From Trueperaceae bacterium (GTDB lineage: Bacteria > Deinococcota > Deinococci > Deinococcales > Trueperaceae), in assembly GCA_034520945.1 (NCBI GenBank), contig JAXHNB010000010.1, positions 96,001 to 160,000 of the forward strand: DNA of 64,000 nucleotides, written 5' to 3'. The notes under the pieces are model-generated. The model was not told the DNA's origin, searched no databases, and worked only from the letters and a program-made list of their open reading frames with translations. Position 1 is the stretch's first letter, and each line of letters starts with the position of its first letter. Shown here in pieces: positions 20,049 through 31,149 of this stretch. A program made the position numbers and the translations under genes.

Positions 20049-20192
20049 GTTGCCTCCTCTGCCCCACCGTACGGCAGACGAGGGGGTGACCGTCGCAGGC
20101 CGGGGGACGGGAGGGCGCCTCCGGACGACGGCGGGTTCGGTGCGCCGAGTATCATCACGACCGAGCGAGATCGTTCGCGGCGAGGAGGAGGC

Positions 20193-21074
20193 ATGCATTC
20201 GATCGACGTCCGCATCGCGCACGCCTTCATGGACGGGGAGGACGGCGGCAACCCTGCCGGCATCGTGCTGGACGCAGATGGATTGTCCGAAGCCGCCATG
20301 CAGGCCGTCGCGACCCGCGTGGGCCTGTCCGAAACCGCGTTCGTGTCGCGTTCCCGCATCGCGACGCGGAGGCTGTCGTTCTTCACGCCCACCCGCCGCA
20401 TCGCGCACTGCGGGCATGCGACGGTCGCGTCGTTCGCGCTGTTGGCCGAGCGTCGCGAGCTGGGCGACGGCGAAGTGAGCCACGAAACCGTCGACGGCGT
20501 GCGCCGCATCGTGCTGGATGGCGGTTCGACGTTTCTGGAGCAAGCGGCGCCCTCGTACCGGCCTACGCCCGTGAGCCCGGCGCGCATCATGGGCGCCCTC
20601 GGGGTGCACGCGGACGCGCTGGCGGACGACGCGGACCCGATGGTGGTCAGCACGGGCCTGCCTTTCCTCCTCGTACCCATGCGGGACGTCGCGACGCTGG
20701 CCGCGGTGCGCCCAGACGCCAGTGCCCTGGAGGTCCTGAGCGAGGACCTCGACCTCGTCGGCGTGTACGCCTTCACCGATACGTCGACGACCGTGGGCCG
20801 ACACGCGACCGCGCGCATGTTCGCGCCCCGTTACGGCATCGCCGAAGAGGCCGCCACCGGCATGGCCGCAGGCCCCTTGGCGGCCTACCTTCATGACGTG
20901 GCGGGCGTGCAGGACGCGCGCCTGTGGATCGAGCAGGGCGCGCTGATGCCGGCGCCCTCGCCCAGCCTGCTGGAGGTGCGTCTGGACGTGCGGGACGGCC
21001 GTGTGGCGGGGCTCATGGTTGGGGGTCGGGCCCGGCAGACCGGTCGCGTCCGGGTGACGCTCGACGCGGCCTGA
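20193..21074 (+). CDS. PhzF family isomerase
   Basis: AF..GGNPAG, LSETAF, FFTP...CGHAT, ARMFAPRYGI.EE.ATG; RBS GAGGAGG. Confidence 0.92.
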   Translation: MHSIDVRIAHAFMDGEDGGNPAGIVLDADGLSEAAMQAVATRVGLSETAFVSRSRIATRRLSFFTPTRRIAHCGHATVASFALLAERRELGDGEVSHETVDGVRRIVLDGGSTFLEQAAPSYRPTPVSPARIMGALGVHADALADDADPMVVSTGLPFLLVPMRDVATLAAVRPDASALEVLSEDLDLVGVYAFTDTSTTVGRHATARMFAPRYGIAEEAATGMAAGPLAAYLHDVAGVQDARLWIEQGALMPAPSPSLLEVRLDVRDGRVAGLMVGGRARQTGRVRVTLDAA

Positions 21075-21144
21075 GGCGCGTTGCGCGGGCCGCGGTATCC
21101 TGCCCGGCCAGCTGACGCGTCTAGCCTTGCCAGGAGCCATCCCC

Positions 21145-23104
21145 ATGCACCCATCGCCCCGCCCCCCGCGCGAAGCCCCGTACGGACACTGGTCCTCGCC
21201 CCTGGACGCGGCCCGCGTGGCCGCCGCCGCGCCCGCCTTCGGCGACGCTGCCTTCGACGGCGACGCCGTGCTGTGGAGCCAATCGAGGCCCGAAGAGCGC
21301 GGCCGCACCACCCTGTACCGGCGCGAAGCGAACGGCGAGGTGCACGAGGTGACGCCCGCGCCGTTCGACGTGCGCACCTCCGTGCACGAGTACGGCGGGG
21401 GCGCCTGGGCCGTCCGGGACGGCGCGATCGTGTTCGCGCACCACGCCGATCAGCGCCTGTACGTCGCCGAGCCGGACCGAGAACCGCGCCCGTTGACGCC
21501 TGAGAGCGACCGCCTGCTCCGCTACGCCGACCTGGCGTGGACGCCGGATGGGACCGCCGTGCTGGCGGTGCGCGAGGACCACCGCGCCCACGACCGCGAG
21601 CCCGTGAACACGCTGGTGTCGGTGCCCCTGTCGGGAGGGCCCGAGGAGGGCGCCGTCCTGGCCGAGGGGTGCGACTTCTACGCCAGCCCCACGCCGTCGC
21701 CGGACGGCCGACGGCTGGCCTGGACCGAGTGGGACCACCCGAACATGCCCTGGGACGGCACCCGCCTGCGGATGGCCGCCCTGAACGGCGCCGGCCGGCC
21801 GGGCCCGGCGGAGCGCGTGGCCGGCGGTCCCGACGAAGCCGTGCAGCAGCCGCGGTTTCTGCCTGACGGGGCGCTGGCGTTCGTGTCCGACCGCTCGGGC
21901 TGGTGGAACCTCTACCTGCACCAGGGGGACGAGGTGCGGGCCTTGTGGCCGTGCGAGCAGGAGTTCGGGCAGCCGGCGTTCGCGTTGGGTCTCGCCACGA
22001 TGGACGCCGCGGGCAATGATCACGTGGTCGCCGCCTTCGGGCGCGGACGCCCCTCGCGCCTGGCCGTCGTGCCCGCGTCGCGGCGGCGAGGGGCGTGAGC
22101 TGGACCTTCCCTACCGCACGCTGAGCAGCGTGCGCGCCGCACCGGACGGGCGCACGGCCCTGATGGTCGCCGGCGCCCCCACGCGGCCGGACGCGCTGCT
22201 GCGGGTCGACCTGCACACCGGCGCACACCAGGAGCTCGCCACCGCCGGGCCCCTGCCCGTAGATGCGGCCTACCTGAGCGAACCGGAGACGCTGACGTTT
22301 CCGAGTACCGAGGGGCGGACCGTCCACGCCCACCTGTACCGGCCCGCCAACCCCGACCACGCCGCCCCCGAGGGCACGCGACCGCCGCTGTTGGTGAATG
22401 CGCACGGCGGGCCCACCAGCAGCGCCCGGTTGGGCCTGGACTTGAAGATCCACTACTGGACCAGCCGCGGCTTCGCCTACCTCGACGTCGATTACGGCGG
22501 CAGCGGCGGGTACGGCCGCGCGTACCGGCAGGCCCTGGAGGGCCGGTGGGGCGAGGTGGACGTCGACGACTGCGGCGCGGCGGCCCGCGCGCTGGTGGCG
22601 CGCGGCGAGGTGGATCCGGACCGGTTGGCCATTCGCGGCGGCAGCGCCGGTGGGTACACCACCCTGGCGGCGCTGGCGTTCCGGGACGTGTTCCACGCCG
22701 GCGTCAGCTACTACGGCGTCAGCGACCTGGAGATGCTGGCGCAGGAGACCCACAAGTTCGAGAGCCGCTACTTCGAGGGGCTCGTCGGGCCCTACCCCGA
22801 GGCGCAACCGATCTACCGCGCGCGGTCGCCGTTGCATCACGTGTCCGGCATCACGCGGCCGGTCCTGTTCCTGCAAGGCGAGGACGACGCGGTCGTGCCT
22901 CCGAACCAGGCCGAGATGATGGTGGACGCCCTCCGGGCCGCCGGCGTGCCGGTCGCCTACCTGTCGTTCGAGGGCGAGGCGCACGGGTTTCGGCGCGCCG
23001 ACACGATCCGGGCGGCGCTGGAAGCGGAGGCGTCGTTCTACGCGCAGGTGTTCGGCCTCGAACCGGCCGATGCCGTCGCACCGCTCCGGGTGGACGGCCT
23101 GTAG
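21145..23104 (+). CDS. S9 family peptidase, apparent +1 frameshift at about 22081
   Basis: APYGHWSSP, VHEYGGG and HPNMPWD in the first frame; HGGPT, GGSAGG, QGEDD.VV and GEAHGFR in the second. Confidence 0.85.
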
Positions 23105-23180
23105 CGCCCTCCGCCCTGCACCTGCGCCGCGTGCGTGCGGCGCACGTCGCCCGGCGGGCGTTCTCGGTATCGTCGAAGGC

Positions 23181-24650
23181 GTGAGCAGGCACGAAGGCTC
23201 CACCACGGCGCGACCCTCCGTCACGATCATTGGTGCCGGACCGAACGGCTTGGCCGCGGCCGCCCTGTTGGCGCGCGAGGGGGCCCGCCCGCGCCTGTTC
23301 GAGGCGCACGACACCATCGGCGGCGGCCTACGTTCCGCCGAGGTGACGCGGCCCGGCTTCGTGCACGACCTGTGCGCCTCGGTGCTGCCGCTCGCCGTCG
23401 GCTCGCCGTTCCTGAGCGGGCTGCCGCTGGCGGACCACGGCCTGGCGTGGGTGCACCCAGGCGCGCCGTTGGCGCACCCCCTGGATGGCGGCAGTGCGGT
23501 GATGCTGGAGCGCGACCTCGACGCCACCGCCGCGGGCTTGGGCCCGGACGGGCCCGCCTACCGGGCCCTGGTGGAACCGCTGGCCGAAGCGTGGCCGGCG
23601 TTGGCCGAGGAGGTGTTGGGACCGGTGGCGCACCTGCCGCGTCACCCCTGGGCGTTGGCCCGCTTCGGCATGCGGGCGCCGTGGCCGGCGCGGTTCCTGG
23701 CCGAGCGGGCGTTCACGGGGCCCCGCGCCCGCGCCCTGTTCGCTGGCCTGGCGGCGCACGGCATGATTCCGCTCGGCGCGCCCGCCAGCAGCGCCATCGG
23801 GCTGGTGCTGGCCGCCACGGGGCACGCCGTCGGCTGGCCGTTCGTGCGCGGGGGCGCGCAGAAGCTGGCGGACGCGCTGGCCGCGGAGGTGCGGGCGCAC
23901 GGCGGCGAGATCGTGACGGGCCACCGCGTCGACGACGTGGACGCGGTGGCGGAGGGTTCGGTGGTGTTGTTCGACCTCACCCCGCGCGAATTGCTGCGCG
24001 TGGCGGGGCCCCGCTTCTCGGGCGGCTACCGCCGCGCGCTGGAGCGCTACCGCTACGGCCCCGGCACCTTCAAGATCGACTACGCCCTGAGCGGGCCGAT
24101 CCCCTGGGCGGCGGACGCCTGCCGGCGCGCCGGCACCGTCCACCTGGGCGGCACCCTGGAGGAGATCGCCGCCGCCGAAGCGGCCGTCGCGCGGGGGGAG
24201 ATGCCGGAGCGGCCGTTCGTGCTGCTGGCGCAACCGACGCTGTTCGACCCCACGCGCGCGCCGGAGGGCCGCCACGTGGCGTGGGCGTACGCGCACGTGC
24301 CGGCCGGTTCGGACGTGGACGCGAGCGACCGCATCGAGGCGCAGATCGAACGGTTCGCGCCCGGGTTCCGTGAGCGCGTGCTGGCGCGACACACCCGCAA
24401 CGCCGTCGAGACCGAAGCGTACGACCCGAACTTCGTGGGCGGAGACGTGAACGGGGGCCTGCTCAGCCTGCGGCAGATCGTGGCGCGGCCCGCCTGGCGC
24501 GCCGACCCCTACGGCACCTCGGACCCCGACCTGTTCGTCGGTTCGGCGGCGACCCCGCCGGGCGGCGGGGTGCACGGCATGGCCGGCTATCACGCCGCCC
24601 GGTCGGTGCTGCGGCGCCTCCGCGCTCAGGGGGCCTTCCCGGGGGCGTAG
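23181..24650 (+). CDS. NAD(P)/FAD oxidoreductase, phytoene dehydrogenase-like
   Basis: IIGAGPNGLAAA, HDLCASV, TPPGGGVHGMAGY. Confidence 0.85.
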   Translation: MSRHEGSTTARPSVTIIGAGPNGLAAAALLAREGARPRLFEAHDTIGGGLRSAEVTRPGFVHDLCASVLPLAVGSPFLSGLPLADHGLAWVHPGAPLAHPLDGGSAVMLERDLDATAAGLGPDGPAYRALVEPLAEAWPALAEEVLGPVAHLPRHPWALARFGMRAPWPARFLAERAFTGPRARALFAGLAAHGMIPLGAPASSAIGLVLAATGHAVGWPFVRGGAQKLADALAAEVRAHGGEIVTGHRVDDVDAVAEGSVVLFDLTPRELLRVAGPRFSGGYRRALERYRYGPGTFKIDYALSGPIPWAADACRRAGTVHLGGTLEEIAAAEAAVARGEMPERPFVLLAQPTLFDPTRAPEGRHVAWAYAHVPAGSDVDASDRIEAQIERFAPGFRERVLARHTRNAVETEAYDPNFVGGDVNGGLLSLRQIVARPAWRADPYGTSDPDLFVGSAATPPGGGVHGMAGYHAARSVLRRLRAQGAFPGA

Positions 24651-24655
24651 GCGTC

Positions 24656-26095
24656 ATGCCGGAGTTGTTCGACGCCACCACGGCCTGGTACGCCCGCTTC
24701 GCGGTCCAGCGGCTGTTGGGCCTGACCTACCTGATCGCGTTCCTGTCGGCGGCGCACCAGTTCGTGCCGCTGCTGGGCGAACGGGGACTCGAGCCGATCG
24801 GACGCCGCGTCGACCGGCGCCTGATGCGCGCGCGGCCCAGTCTGTTCCACCTGCACTACTCGGACCGGTTCTTCCAGGGGGTGGCGTGGTTCGGCGTCGC
24901 GCTGGCGGCCGCCGCCACCCTCGGCGTGATCGACGCCGGGCCGGCGTGGGCGTCGATGCTGGGGTGGTTCCTGCTGTGGGCGGCGTACCAGTCGATCGTG
25001 AACGTCGGCGGCACCTTCTACGGCTTCGGGTGGGAGACGCTGCTGCTGGAGGTGGGGTTCCTCGCCATCTTCCTCGGTCCCAGCGGGGTGCAGGTGCCGC
25101 TCACCATGATGCTGCTGTTGCGCTGGGTGCTGTTCCGGGTCGAGTTCGGCGCTGGCCTGATCAAGATCCGCGGCGACCCGTGCTGGCGCGACCTCACCTG
25201 CCTGGCGTACCACCACGAGACGCAACCGCTGCCCAACCCGTTCAGCTGGTTCGCGCACCACCTGCCGCGCGGGTTCCACCGGCTCGAGACGGGCGCCAAC
25301 CACCTGGTGCAGTTGGGGGTGCCGTTCGCGCTGTTCCTGCCGCAACCGTGGGCGTCGGCGGCGGGCCTGGCGATCGTGGCGACCCAGGGGTGGCTGATGT
25401 TCAGCGGCAACTTCGCCTGGTTGAACTTCCTGACGATGACGTTGGCGTTCTCCGCCTTCGGGGACGGCGCGGTGCAGGCGGTCTTGGGCCTGCCGGACCC
25501 GTCCCTGGCGGCGCGGCCGCTGTACCTGGACGTCGCCGTGGTGGCGGTGACCGCGCTGGTGTTGGCGTTGAGCATCCGCCCGGTGCGGAACCTGCTGTCG
25601 CGCCGGCAGTTGATGAACGCCAGCTTCGACCCGCTGCACCTGGTGAACACCTACGGCGCGTTCGGCTCCGTCACACGCGAGCGGGACGAGATCGAACTGG
25701 AGGGCATGGACGACAGCGGCACCTGGCGTCCGTACGCCTTCAAGGCCAAGCCGGGCGACCCGGCGCGCCGCCCGCCGCAGGTCGCGCCCTACCACCTGCG
25801 GTTGGACTGGCTGATGTGGTTCGCGGCGCTGTCCAGCCCGGCGCACCACCCGTGGTTCCTGACCCTGGTGGTGCGGCTCCTGGAGGGCGACCACGGCATC
25901 CGGCGGCTGATGGGCCGCGACCCGTTCGAGGGCCGGCCTCCCGCGCGCATGCGGGCGCGCTTCTACCGCTACCGCTTCACCACGCCGGAGGAGCGTCGCC
26001 GCACGGGTCACTGGTGGTCCCGCACCCTGCGCGGCGAGATCCTCCCACCGGTGCGGCTGGGTCCAGACGGGCGCTTGATTCAAGACGCGCCATGA
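24656..26095 (+). CDS. Lipase maturation factor family membrane protein
   Basis: FYGFGWETLLLEVGFL, GLIKIRGDPCWRDLTCL.YHHETQPLPNP, APYHLRLDWLMWFAA. Confidence 0.9.
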   Translation: MPELFDATTAWYARFAVQRLLGLTYLIAFLSAAHQFVPLLGERGLEPIGRRVDRRLMRARPSLFHLHYSDRFFQGVAWFGVALAAAATLGVIDAGPAWASMLGWFLLWAAYQSIVNVGGTFYGFGWETLLLEVGFLAIFLGPSGVQVPLTMMLLLRWVLFRVEFGAGLIKIRGDPCWRDLTCLAYHHETQPLPNPFSWFAHHLPRGFHRLETGANHLVQLGVPFALFLPQPWASAAGLAIVATQGWLMFSGNFAWLNFLTMTLAFSAFGDGAVQAVLGLPDPSLAARPLYLDVAVVAVTALVLALSIRPVRNLLSRRQLMNASFDPLHLVNTYGAFGSVTRERDEIELEGMDDSGTWRPYAFKAKPGDPARRPPQVAPYHLRLDWLMWFAALSSPAHHPWFLTLVVRLLEGDHGIRRLMGRDPFEGRPPARMRARFYRYRFTTPEERRRTGHWWSRTLRGEILPPVRLGPDGRLIQDAP

Positions 26096-26153
26096 GTCGG
26101 CGCTATCGGGCCCAGGGCCGGGGCCGCGCGCCGCTTGGGAAGGAACGCCCGCC

Positions 26154-27414
26154 CTACCCGAACAAGCGCACGCCGTCCAGGTAGGCGTCGGCGATGAGCG
26201 CCGCCGCCGCGCTCCAGCCCATGGGATGCGTGCCCTCCGGCTCGAAGGTGCGGCCGTGCAGGTACTCCGAGAACGACCACGGCCGGCCGTCCCGCGGCCG
26301 CCGGTTGGCGGCGTGGATGGCGTCCCGGTAGCGTCGCGCCGCCTGGTGGCGTCCCCGGCGCGCCAGCGGCGGCCGCGTGGAACGCGGTCACCAGCGGCCA
26401 CAACCCGCCGTTGTGGTACGCGTACGGTTGGTTCTTGAAGGTGTGCGAGAACGACATCTGCAGGTCGTCCCAGTACTCGTCGCGGGGGGTGATGACCGGA
26501 TCGAAGGCGGGCACCAGCATGACGTCCTCGTGCACCAGCTCCTCGGCGATGTAGGCGTCGACCGCGTCGTCCCGCGACGCGTCGGCCACGCCGAACAGGG
26601 ACGCCAGCCCGTTGGCCATGCCGTCGAAGCGGGTGCCGTACCCCAACGGCGAGAAGAACGGCATCCAGTACCGGCCCCGGCAGTGCCCCGCCGCCTCGCG
26701 CCCCTTGCGGTACAGCACCGGGTGGTAGGCGTCGTTGGGGATCTCGTCCCCCTCGTCCGGGTCGAACCAGTAGTTCGCTTCGATCAGGTGGCACAGCCGC
26801 GCGATGCGCTCGCCGAGCGCGTGGTCGACCCCGCCGTGCAGGGCTTCGTGCAGGTGGGCGATGCCGCGTTGCGCCTGCAGGTACAGCAGCTGGTCGTACA
26901 GCACGTACCCGCTCTGAACGTACTCGTCCGCCCAGTCGCCGGTCGGCGGGACGTACAGCAACCCCCGCGCGTTGAACTCCCACGCGCCCAGGATCCACCG
27001 CAGGCGCTCCAACGGTTCCAGCATCTCGTGCAGGAAGGTCTCGTTCTGCGTGTACCGCCAGTACTCGGCGCAGGCGACCGCGAACCACAGGCCGGCGTCG
27101 ACCCGCCCGGCCGTGCCGCCGTACGACACGCGGCCGGTGGCGGGATCGACGTTGCTGGGGATCTCGCCGCGCGGACCCTGGTGCTCCGCCAGGGTGACCA
27201 GGGTTCGGCGCGCCGCGTCGATCAGCTCCTCGTCGCCGCTGGCCAGCGCCGCCAGCCCCATGATCGACCCGTCCCGTCCCCACACCCGGCGGTAGTTGGC
27301 ATGCGTCGCCGGCGAGGCCAGGAAGCCGGCCTCGGTGGCGCACGACCGCAGGACGTTCAGCGCCTCCGCGTGGCCCTCGTCCGCGATGTCGCTTCGTGTC
27401 TGGTGCGTCGTCAT
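26154..27414 (-). CDS. Glycoside hydrolase, GH100 (neutral invertase)-like; apparent +1 frameshift at about 26367
   Basis: WGRDG, VDAGLWF, DWADEY, YHNGGLWP; shifted frame continues FSEYLHG..MGWSAAA to a stop at 26154. Confidence 0.7.
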
Positions 27415-27604
27415 GGTTGCCTCGTCTTCCGCTCCGGACCGTGCGACGTGACCGCCGCCGGCCCCCTGCACGCGCATGCGTCACCGGCGGCGCCCGCCGT
27501 CGTCACCATAGAACCGTCCGTTTCGTACGCGTGTCACCGGGTGCTACGCGCGCCCCGCGGGCACGACGACGCGGACGGGCCCGCGCCGCCGGTATCGTTC
27601 GCGC

Positions 27605-28786
27605 ATGGTCGCTCCTCGTCGCACCGGTTGGCTCGCCGCGGTCCACCCGGCCGCCACCACGCTCAGCCCGACGCGGGACACGGTGGTGGCGTTCGACCTG
27701 GAGGGACGACCGAGCAGCTGGCTGACGGGCGGCGATACCTTCAAGCGCTCGCTGGCATCGGACGTGTACGGCCGCCGCACCGTGCACGGCACGCGGCGGC
27801 GGTGGCGGGTGGCGCCCGACCGCGCACACGCGCTGTTCGAGCGGGCGTTGGAGGTCGCGACCGAGGCCCGTCGCGCGCTGGCGGGGGGCGAGCGCCTGAC
27901 CGACCCGGCGCACGAAGCCGAGCTGACCTCCAGGCTGGAGCGGATCGCCGCCTGGACGCCCGGCGTCCTCCAGGACGAACGGCACCGCTTCGCGCGGGCG
28001 TACGCGCCGCTCAGCATCCTGCCGCCGGACCAGTACGGCGCGGTGGTGCTGCAGGCCACCTTCGGGTGCAGTTGGAACCGTTGCACCTACTGCACCTTCT
28101 ACCAGGGGCGCCCGTTCCAGGTGAGGCCGCTGGACGCGTTCGACGCGCACGTCGCCGAGGTGCGCGCGCTGCTGGGCCGCGCCGCCGCGGGGCGCGCCGG
28201 CGTGTTCCTCGCCGACGGCAACGCGTTGGTGCTCAGCAACGACCGGCTTCGGCCGTTGTTCGAGGCCGCGACGGCGACGTTTCCGGACCGGCCGGTCGCG
28301 GGGTTCGTCGACGTGTTCAGCGGCGAACGCAAGCCGCGCGAGGCGTGGCGTGAGCTGCGCGAGCTGGGGTTACGCCGCGTCGCGATCGGCGTGGAGACGG
28401 GACACGATCCGCTGCTGGCGTACGTGAACAAGCCCGGCAGCGCCGCCGATGCGGCGGACTTCGTGCACCTGCTGAAGGAGGCCGGCCTGGAGGTGGCCGT
28501 CATTCTCATGGTCGGCGTCGGCGGACGACGCTACGCCGAGGGGCACGCGCGCGACAGCGCCCGCCTGTTGGCACGCCTGCCGCTCGGCACGGGGGACATC
28601 GTGTACCTCTCCCCCTTCGTCCGGCACGAGGACGCCCCCTACGCTCAGCGGGCCGAGGCCGACGGGCTGGAAGACCTGAGCGACGCCGAGCGCCAGGCGC
28701 AGGAGCACACCCTGCGGCAGGCGGCCCGCGAGGCCGTGCCGGCCGCACGCGTGGCGCGCTACCACATCGACGAGTTCGTGTACTGA
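27605..28786 (+). CDS. Radical SAM protein
   Basis: CxxxCxxC (GCSWNRCTYC), FLADGNAL, IGVETG. Confidence 0.88.
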   Translation: MVAPRRTGWLAAVHPAATTLSPTRDTVVAFDLEGRPSSWLTGGDTFKRSLASDVYGRRTVHGTRRRWRVAPDRAHALFERALEVATEARRALAGGERLTDPAHEAELTSRLERIAAWTPGVLQDERHRFARAYAPLSILPPDQYGAVVLQATFGCSWNRCTYCTFYQGRPFQVRPLDAFDAHVAEVRALLGRAAAGRAGVFLADGNALVLSNDRLRPLFEAATATFPDRPVAGFVDVFSGERKPREAWRELRELGLRRVAIGVETGHDPLLAYVNKPGSAADAADFVHLLKEAGLEVAVILMVGVGGRRYAEGHARDSARLLARLPLGTGDIVYLSPFVRHEDAPYAQRAEADGLEDLSDAERQAQEHTLRQAAREAVPAARVARYHIDEFVY

Positions 28787-28883
28787 CGCGCGCGCCGGCC
28801 GTGTCCCGTGCGGCCACGCCTGACGAAGCACGCGGGCGTCGCGACCGACCCTGGCCCGCAGGCCGACGCCGTACCCTGGGCCC

Positions 28884-30090
28884 ATGATGTCCGATGTTGC
28901 GACCGACGCCCGCCCGTTCGACCTGATCGTATGGGGCGCGACCGGCTACACCGGCCGGCTGGTCGCCCGATCCGTCACCGACCGTCAACCCGCTGGCTTC
29001 CGGTGGGCGCTTGGGCGGCCGCGACCGGGAACGGCTCGAGGCCGTGCGGCGCGACCTGGGGGCGCCTGCCGAGATCGTCGTGGCGGACGCCCTGGACGGG
29101 GACGCCATGGCCGCCATGGCACGTCGCACGCACGCGGTCGTGTCCACGGTGGGACCGTACGCCCGCTACGGCACGCCGCTGGTCGCCGCGTGCGCTGACG
29201 CCGGCACCGACTACGCCGACCTGACCGCCGAAGCGCTGTGGATGCGCAGCACCGTCGACGCGTTCCACGACCGCGCCGTCCAGAGCGGCGCGCGGATCGT
29301 GCACGCCTGCGGCTTCGACAGCCTCCCCTCCGACCTGGGGACGTGGCGGCTGCACACCGAAGCGCTGCAGCGCTACGGTCGCCCCTGCCGGCAGGTGGTG
29401 CACGCCTTCGGACCGATGGCGGGGGGACTCAGCGGTGGAACGGTCGCCTCGGCGTTCGACCTGATCGCCCAGGCGGCGCGCGACCCGGAGACGCGACGCG
29501 CGCTCATGGATCCCGACCTGTTGGCGCCCGGCGCCCCTGCTTCGCCCGACCCGCTCGGGCCGTGGTGGCCGCAGCGACATGCCGGCTTGGACGGCTGGAC
29601 CACGCCCTTCGTGATGGCGGCCAGCAACGCCAAGGTGGTGCGGCGCACGCGGGCGCTGCTGGGCGAGCCGTGGGGGGACGACGTCCGGTACCTCGAGCGG
29701 CTTCGCGTGCCGACCTGGGCGCGGGCCGCCACGGTCGGCCTAATGAGTGTCGCCGCCCCCGTGCTGCTGGCCCCTGCGTTCGTGCGACGCCTTGCTGCCG
29801 GCGTCCTCCCCGAGCCTGGCCAGGGCCCGAGCGAGGCCGTGCGCAAGCGCGGGTACTTCCGGTCCACGCTCGTCGGCCACGTCGATGGCGTGCGCGAGCC
29901 CGTGGTCGGGCATACCCGCGCCGACCTCGACCCAGGCTACGGCGCGACCGCACGCATGTTGGCGGAGGTCGGCCTCGGACTGGCCCAGCGCGAGTTCGAC
30001 GTAGGCGGCGGCGTGCTCACCCCGGCCGTGGTCGGCGGGCAGCGCCTGGTCGATCGTCTCGGCGAAGTCGGCATTCGGATCGGTACGTAG
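28884..30090 (+). CDS. Saccharopine dehydrogenase-like/trans-acting enoyl reductase; apparent +1 frameshift at about 29013
   Basis: FDLIVWGATGYTG in the first frame, then GGRD, STVGPY..YG, CGFDSLPSDLG and DPGYGATA in the next. Confidence 0.8.
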
Positions 30091-30307
30091 GGCCTCCTCT
30101 CCAGTCGAGGCAGGAGAAGCTCTGCCGCTTCTGCACGCCGGAGCTCCGAAACCTCGCCTCGACGCATGCGGCCGCGGCGCGGCGGGCGGCCGGCCCTGCG
30201 GCGCGCGCCTCGGTCTCGATGCTCAGCATGTCGACGTGGCACCCTATGCGCGCCGGCCAGGGGTCTTGGTCGGTCATGGGAACGGTGGCTCGGCGCTGGC
30301 CGTGACG

Positions 30308-31096
30308 TCAGACGTCCACGCCTCCGTGCGCCCGCACCTCCACCCCCGCCCCTTCGAGCGCCTCGCGCACCGCCGCTGCGATGTCGGGCGCGCGGGGGCC
30401 GTCCCCGTGAATGCACAACGTCTCGGCCTCGACCCGCGTGGAGCCGCCGTCGACGGCCGGCACCTCGCCCCGGGTCACCATCGCCACGGCCCGCGCCGCC
30501 ACCTCGTCGGGGTCGTGCACCAGCGCGCCGGGCATGGTCCTCGGTGCCAGGGTGCCGCTTGCTAAGTAGGCGCGGTCGGGGAAGGCCTCGCGGATGGTTC
30601 GCAATCCATGAGCCTGCGCTGCCTGCTGCATGACCGTTCCACCGGGGCCGCCCAGCACCACGAACGGCACGTCCGCGCTTACGTCCCGGATCGCCCGCGC
30701 GACGGCGTCGGCGGCGGCCTCGTCCTGGGTGACGCGGTGGTGCAGGGCGCCGTGCGGTTTGACGTGGTGCAGCGCGAGGCCCTCCGCGCGTAGGATGCCG
30801 CTCAGGGCGCCGAGCTGGTACAGCACGTCGGCATGGACCTGCTCGGGGTCGACGGCCATGTCGCGCCGACCGAAGCCGACCAGGTCCGGGTAGCCCGGGT
30901 GCGCTCCGATCGCGACGCCGTGCTCGCGTGCCAGCCGCACGGTGCGAAGCATGGTCGCCGGGTCGCCGGCGTGGAAGCCGCAGGCGACGTTGACGCTGCT
31001 GAGTGCAGGAAACAACCGCGTGTCGGCGCCCATCGGCCACGCGCCGAACGACTCGCCGGCGTCGGCATTCAGGTCCACGCGCACCCCCTCGTCCAC
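30308..31096 (-). CDS. pxpA: LamB/YcsF family, 5-oxoprolinase subunit A-like
   Basis: DLNADAGESFG, NVACGFHAGDP, GAHPGYPDL.GFGRR, HVKPHGAL, TLCIHGD. Confidence 0.88.
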   Translation of the reverse strand: MDEGVRVDLNADAGESFGAWPMGADTRLFPALSSVNVACGFHAGDPATMLRTVRLAREHGVAIGAHPGYPDLVGFGRRDMAVDPEQVHADVLYQLGALSGILRAEGLALHHVKPHGALHHRVTQDEAAADAVARAIRDVSADVPFVVLGGPGGTVMQQAAQAHGLRTIREAFPDRAYLASGTLAPRTMPGALVHDPDEVAARAVAMVTRGEVPAVDGGSTRVEAETLCIHGDGPRAPDIAAAVREALEGAGVEVRAHGGVDV

Positions 31097-31149
31097 GTCG
31101 TCCTCCCCTCCGTTCGCGTCGGGCACGGCGTCCACCCCTGGCGCCCGCC

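Noticed and set aside
16030..29020. Programmed frameshifting or phase variation
   Set aside because: No slippery heptamers or long homopolymer/SSR tracts at the sites; unrelated genes; all shifts have the same sign.
30017..30277. 86-aa minus-strand ORF after pxpA
   Set aside because: No RBS or recognisable motif, and it overlaps the end of the convergent gene.
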